A stretch of DNA of 64,000 nucleotides, taken from positions 352,088 through 416,087 of the forward strand of contig CAWJQU010000001.1 of NCBI GenBank assembly GCA_963845145.1, in the 5' to 3' direction. Both the position numbers and the translations under genes were made by a program. Position 1 is the stretch's first letter. Each line of letters starts with the position of its first letter. Shown piece by piece: positions 61,026 through 64,000 of the stretch. The notes under the pieces are model-generated. The model did no database searches. It saw only the letters and a list, made by a program, of their open reading frames with translations, and was not told where the DNA came from. Source of the DNA: an uncultured delta proteobacterium (GTDB lineage: Bacteria; Desulfobacterota; Desulfobacteria; Desulfobacterales; QNYZ01).

Positions 61026-64000
61026 ATGGCCGAGAAAAGCGTGAAACGCAAGCTCAGAGCCATCCTGGCTGCCGACGTAAAGGGTTACAGCCGCATGATG
61101 GGCAAGGATGAGGTCGGCACCTATCAAACACTCACCACCAATCTGGAGTTAATCCGTTCCATTATATCAGAACACGATGGCCGGGTGTTTTCATCCCCTG
61201 GTGATGCGGTCATGGCTGAGTTTTCCAGTGTAGTGGATGCGGTTCAATGCGCCGTTGAATTACAGGATAAAATTGAAACGATAAACGCTGATTTGCCAGA
61301 AGATCGCAAGATGCAGTTTCGCATCGGTGTGAACCTGGGTGACGTTATTCAAGATGGCGAACAGATTTATGGTGACGGAGTCAATATCGCTGCACGTATT
61401 GAAACTCTGGCCGAACCTGGGGGCATATCCATCTCACAGTATGTATACAATCATGCACATAAAAAACTAAAATTTGGTTATGAATACCAAGGTGAACATC
61501 AAGTCAAAAACATTGCCGAGCCTGTGAAGATTTACAAGGTTCTTACAGCACCTGAACATGCTGGCCAACTATTGAGCGAACCTCAAACTTCAAAGCGTTT
61601 ATCAAAACAGTCTTTCATTTCAATTTTAATTGTACTGGCTCTGTTTGTAGCCGCAACCTATCTGGAATTTTTTCCCCGTACTCCCGAGATAGAGCTCGCT
61701 TCGGTTGAAAAAATGGCTTACTCACTACCCGATAAGCCTTCCATTGCTGTGCTTCCTTTTGACAATATGAGTGGTGATCCTCGTCAGGAATTTTTCAGTG
61801 ATGGGATTACCGAACAGATCATCTCCAGCCTCTCAAAGACGAATGCACTTTTTGTTATTGCCCGCAATTCAACATTCACCTACAAGGGCAAACCGGTCAA
61901 AGTTAAGCAGGTCGCCGAGGAACTGGGCGTGCGCTATGTGCTCGAAGGAAGTGTCAGAAAATCTAAAGAGAGAGTAAGGATTACCGCTCAGTTGATCGAT
62001 GCTGTTTCTGGACATCACCTGTGGGCGGAAAGCTACGACCGCGATCTGAAAGACATCTTTGCTTTACAGGATGAGATCACCATGAAGATCGTGACCGCTC
62101 TGGCTAATAAAACTGACTGAGGGAGAGAAAGCCCGTATTGTAGTCAAACATCATTTAAACCTTGACGTTTATTTAAAATATTTGGAGTCACTGTCGCTTT
62201 TGCGGAAAGCTACAAAAGAAAGTATTATACGGCTTGGCCAGGTGGCACAGGAAATCATCGAGATGGCACCTGAATCTCATTTGGGTTACAGTACGCTGGC
62301 GTGGTATTATTGGATCTTGCGCAGTATTATGGAGAGTCACCCCGGGAAAATATTGGCAAAGGCTTTTAAGCTGGCGCAAAAGGCGCTCTCTATAGATGAA
62401 TACTGATGCTCAGACCCATGCCTTATTGGGTACTATCTATTTGGCGATGAGGCAATATTAAAAGGCGATTGCCGCGGGGGAGCGGTCTGTAGCACTTGAA
62501 CCAAATGGATCAATGGTACATAGTTTTTTAGGCAATACGCTATGTTATGCAGAAAGGATAGATGAGGGAATTAACCATAATAAGCAAGGGATTCGGCTTA
62601 AGCCCTTTTCCTGCCTTTGGCAATTTTTTCATCTAGGCAACTGCTATAGTATGAAAAGACAGTATGAGGAAGCACTAACAGCATACCAAAAAGGCGCTTC
62701 AGCTCAGTCCAAACAACATAGGAACATATTTGGGACTGGTCATTGTTTATTTTGTATTAGACCGGCAAGAGGAGACACATGCTGCAGTTAAAAAAGTCTT
62801 AGAGCTGGATCCCAATTTTTCTATTGCGCAGATCTCTAAAGGCTTCGGCCTTATAAAAATCCAGACAGAATTAAACTCATTACTGACGCTTTGCGCAAGG
62901 CCGGATTACCTTACAATCCGCCACTCCCATTGCCCGATAAACCCTCAATAGCCGTACTTGCGTTTGATAATCTGAGCGGCGATCCTGATCAAGAATATTT
63001 CAGTGATGGCATTTCTGAACAAATCATCGCCAGCCTCTCAAAAATTGATAAAATTTTTGTCATTGCCCGTAATTCATCCTTTACCTACAAGGGTAAGCCT
63101 GTAAATGTAAAGCAAGTTGGACGTCAGCTCGGTGTCCGCTATATCCTTGAAGGTAGTGTCCGCAAATCGAACGAACAGGTTAGAATTACTGCACAGTTGA
63201 TCGATACTGCTACAGGTGGGCATGTGTGGGCGGAAAGCTACGATTGTGACTTGAAAGACATCTTTGCAATACAAGATGAAATCACCTTAAAAATCATCAG
63301 CTCCCTGCAAGTTAAACTCACGGAGGGAGACAAAGCCCGTGTATGGGCGAAGGGCTCAAAGAACATAAATGCTTATTTAAAATTGATGGAGGCATGGTCG
63401 CTTTGGCATGAAGGCACGATAGAAAGCCTTAGGCGATTTGGCCAGATAGCACAGGAAATTGTCGACATAGACCCTAAACGACCCGCGGGTTACATTTTAC
63501 TAGCTTCCGATTCCATACGGGGCTTATGAATTATGGCATTACACCTGAGGAGAACCTTGCTAAAGCATTTACACTGTCCCAGAAAGCTCTCTCCATCGAT
63601 GATTCTCATTCTGTCGCACACGGTGTATTGGGCTTTGTAGATGTTTTATGAAGCAACATGAGAAGGCAATTGCCGCCGGAAAGCGGTCTATAGAACTTCA
63701 TCCAAATGATGCTTTTATGCATAGGCTTTTAGGCTACTCACTTTGTTGGGCTGGCAGAAGAGATGAAGGTATCAAACATTTTAAGCTGGGGATGCGACTC
63801 AACCCATTCCCTGATTATTTGGACTATGTCGGCTTGGGTATGTGCTACCAGATAAAAGGGTCAATACGAAAACGCGTTGGCTGAATTTTATAAAGCGCTT
63901 CAACGTAATTCAAATGCCTCCTTTATTCATGTTTGCCTGGCTTCCACATATGCGCTATTGGATCGACAAGAGGAAGCTGAAGCAGCAGTCAAGAAAGTCC
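61026..64000 (+). pseudogene. Class III adenylate/guanylate cyclase with two TolB-like/TPR modules; multiple frameshifts; runs off the window
   Basis: ILAADVKGYS, GDAVMAEF, RIGVNLGD, YGDGVNIAAR; PDKPSIAVL.FDN module at about 61730 and 62933; TPR fragments in shifting frames. Confidence 0.8.

Overview
Bacterial chromosome window. Gene content points to an anaerobic Desulfobacterota (Desulfobacterales-like) organism; this is an inference, not a search result. Left to right: exported lipoproteins; a minus-strand redox cluster (tetraheme cytochrome c, NrfC-like, NrfD-like, octaheme HAO-family cytochrome, hypothetical protein, cysteine desulfurase, SQR-like flavoprotein, DUF1641) next to a ModE-type HTH gene and a heme-c sensor kinase/OmpR pair; a MITE-like element and a structured non-coding segment; FmdE and molybdopterin-binding genes behind a ModE box; peroxiredoxin, cysE, cysK; a Liv-type ABC transporter with acyl-CoA ligase; an XpaC-like/TelA/DUF4178/lipoprotein/DUF350/SpeE operon; DUF2080 and a MobA-HD-Zn-ribbon fusion; Lhr helicase; a RelE-type TA pair; integron-cassette remnants; a frameshift-rich catabolic cluster (APC permease, acyl-CoA dehydrogenase, MtaA/UroD family, ferredoxin, AOR, Lrp); comM-like, lpxC, pgsA-like and tRNA-Val(GAC). 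After the tRNA is an AT-rich island: an attC-bounded ATPase-TOPRIM gene, an EACC1-like gene, a K+ channel, phage-like relics, a DUF1566 gene next to a reverse-transcriptase fragment, and a frameshifted cyclase-TolB-TPR gene. No CRISPR array, rRNA or integrase was seen. All family calls come from reading motifs by eye.
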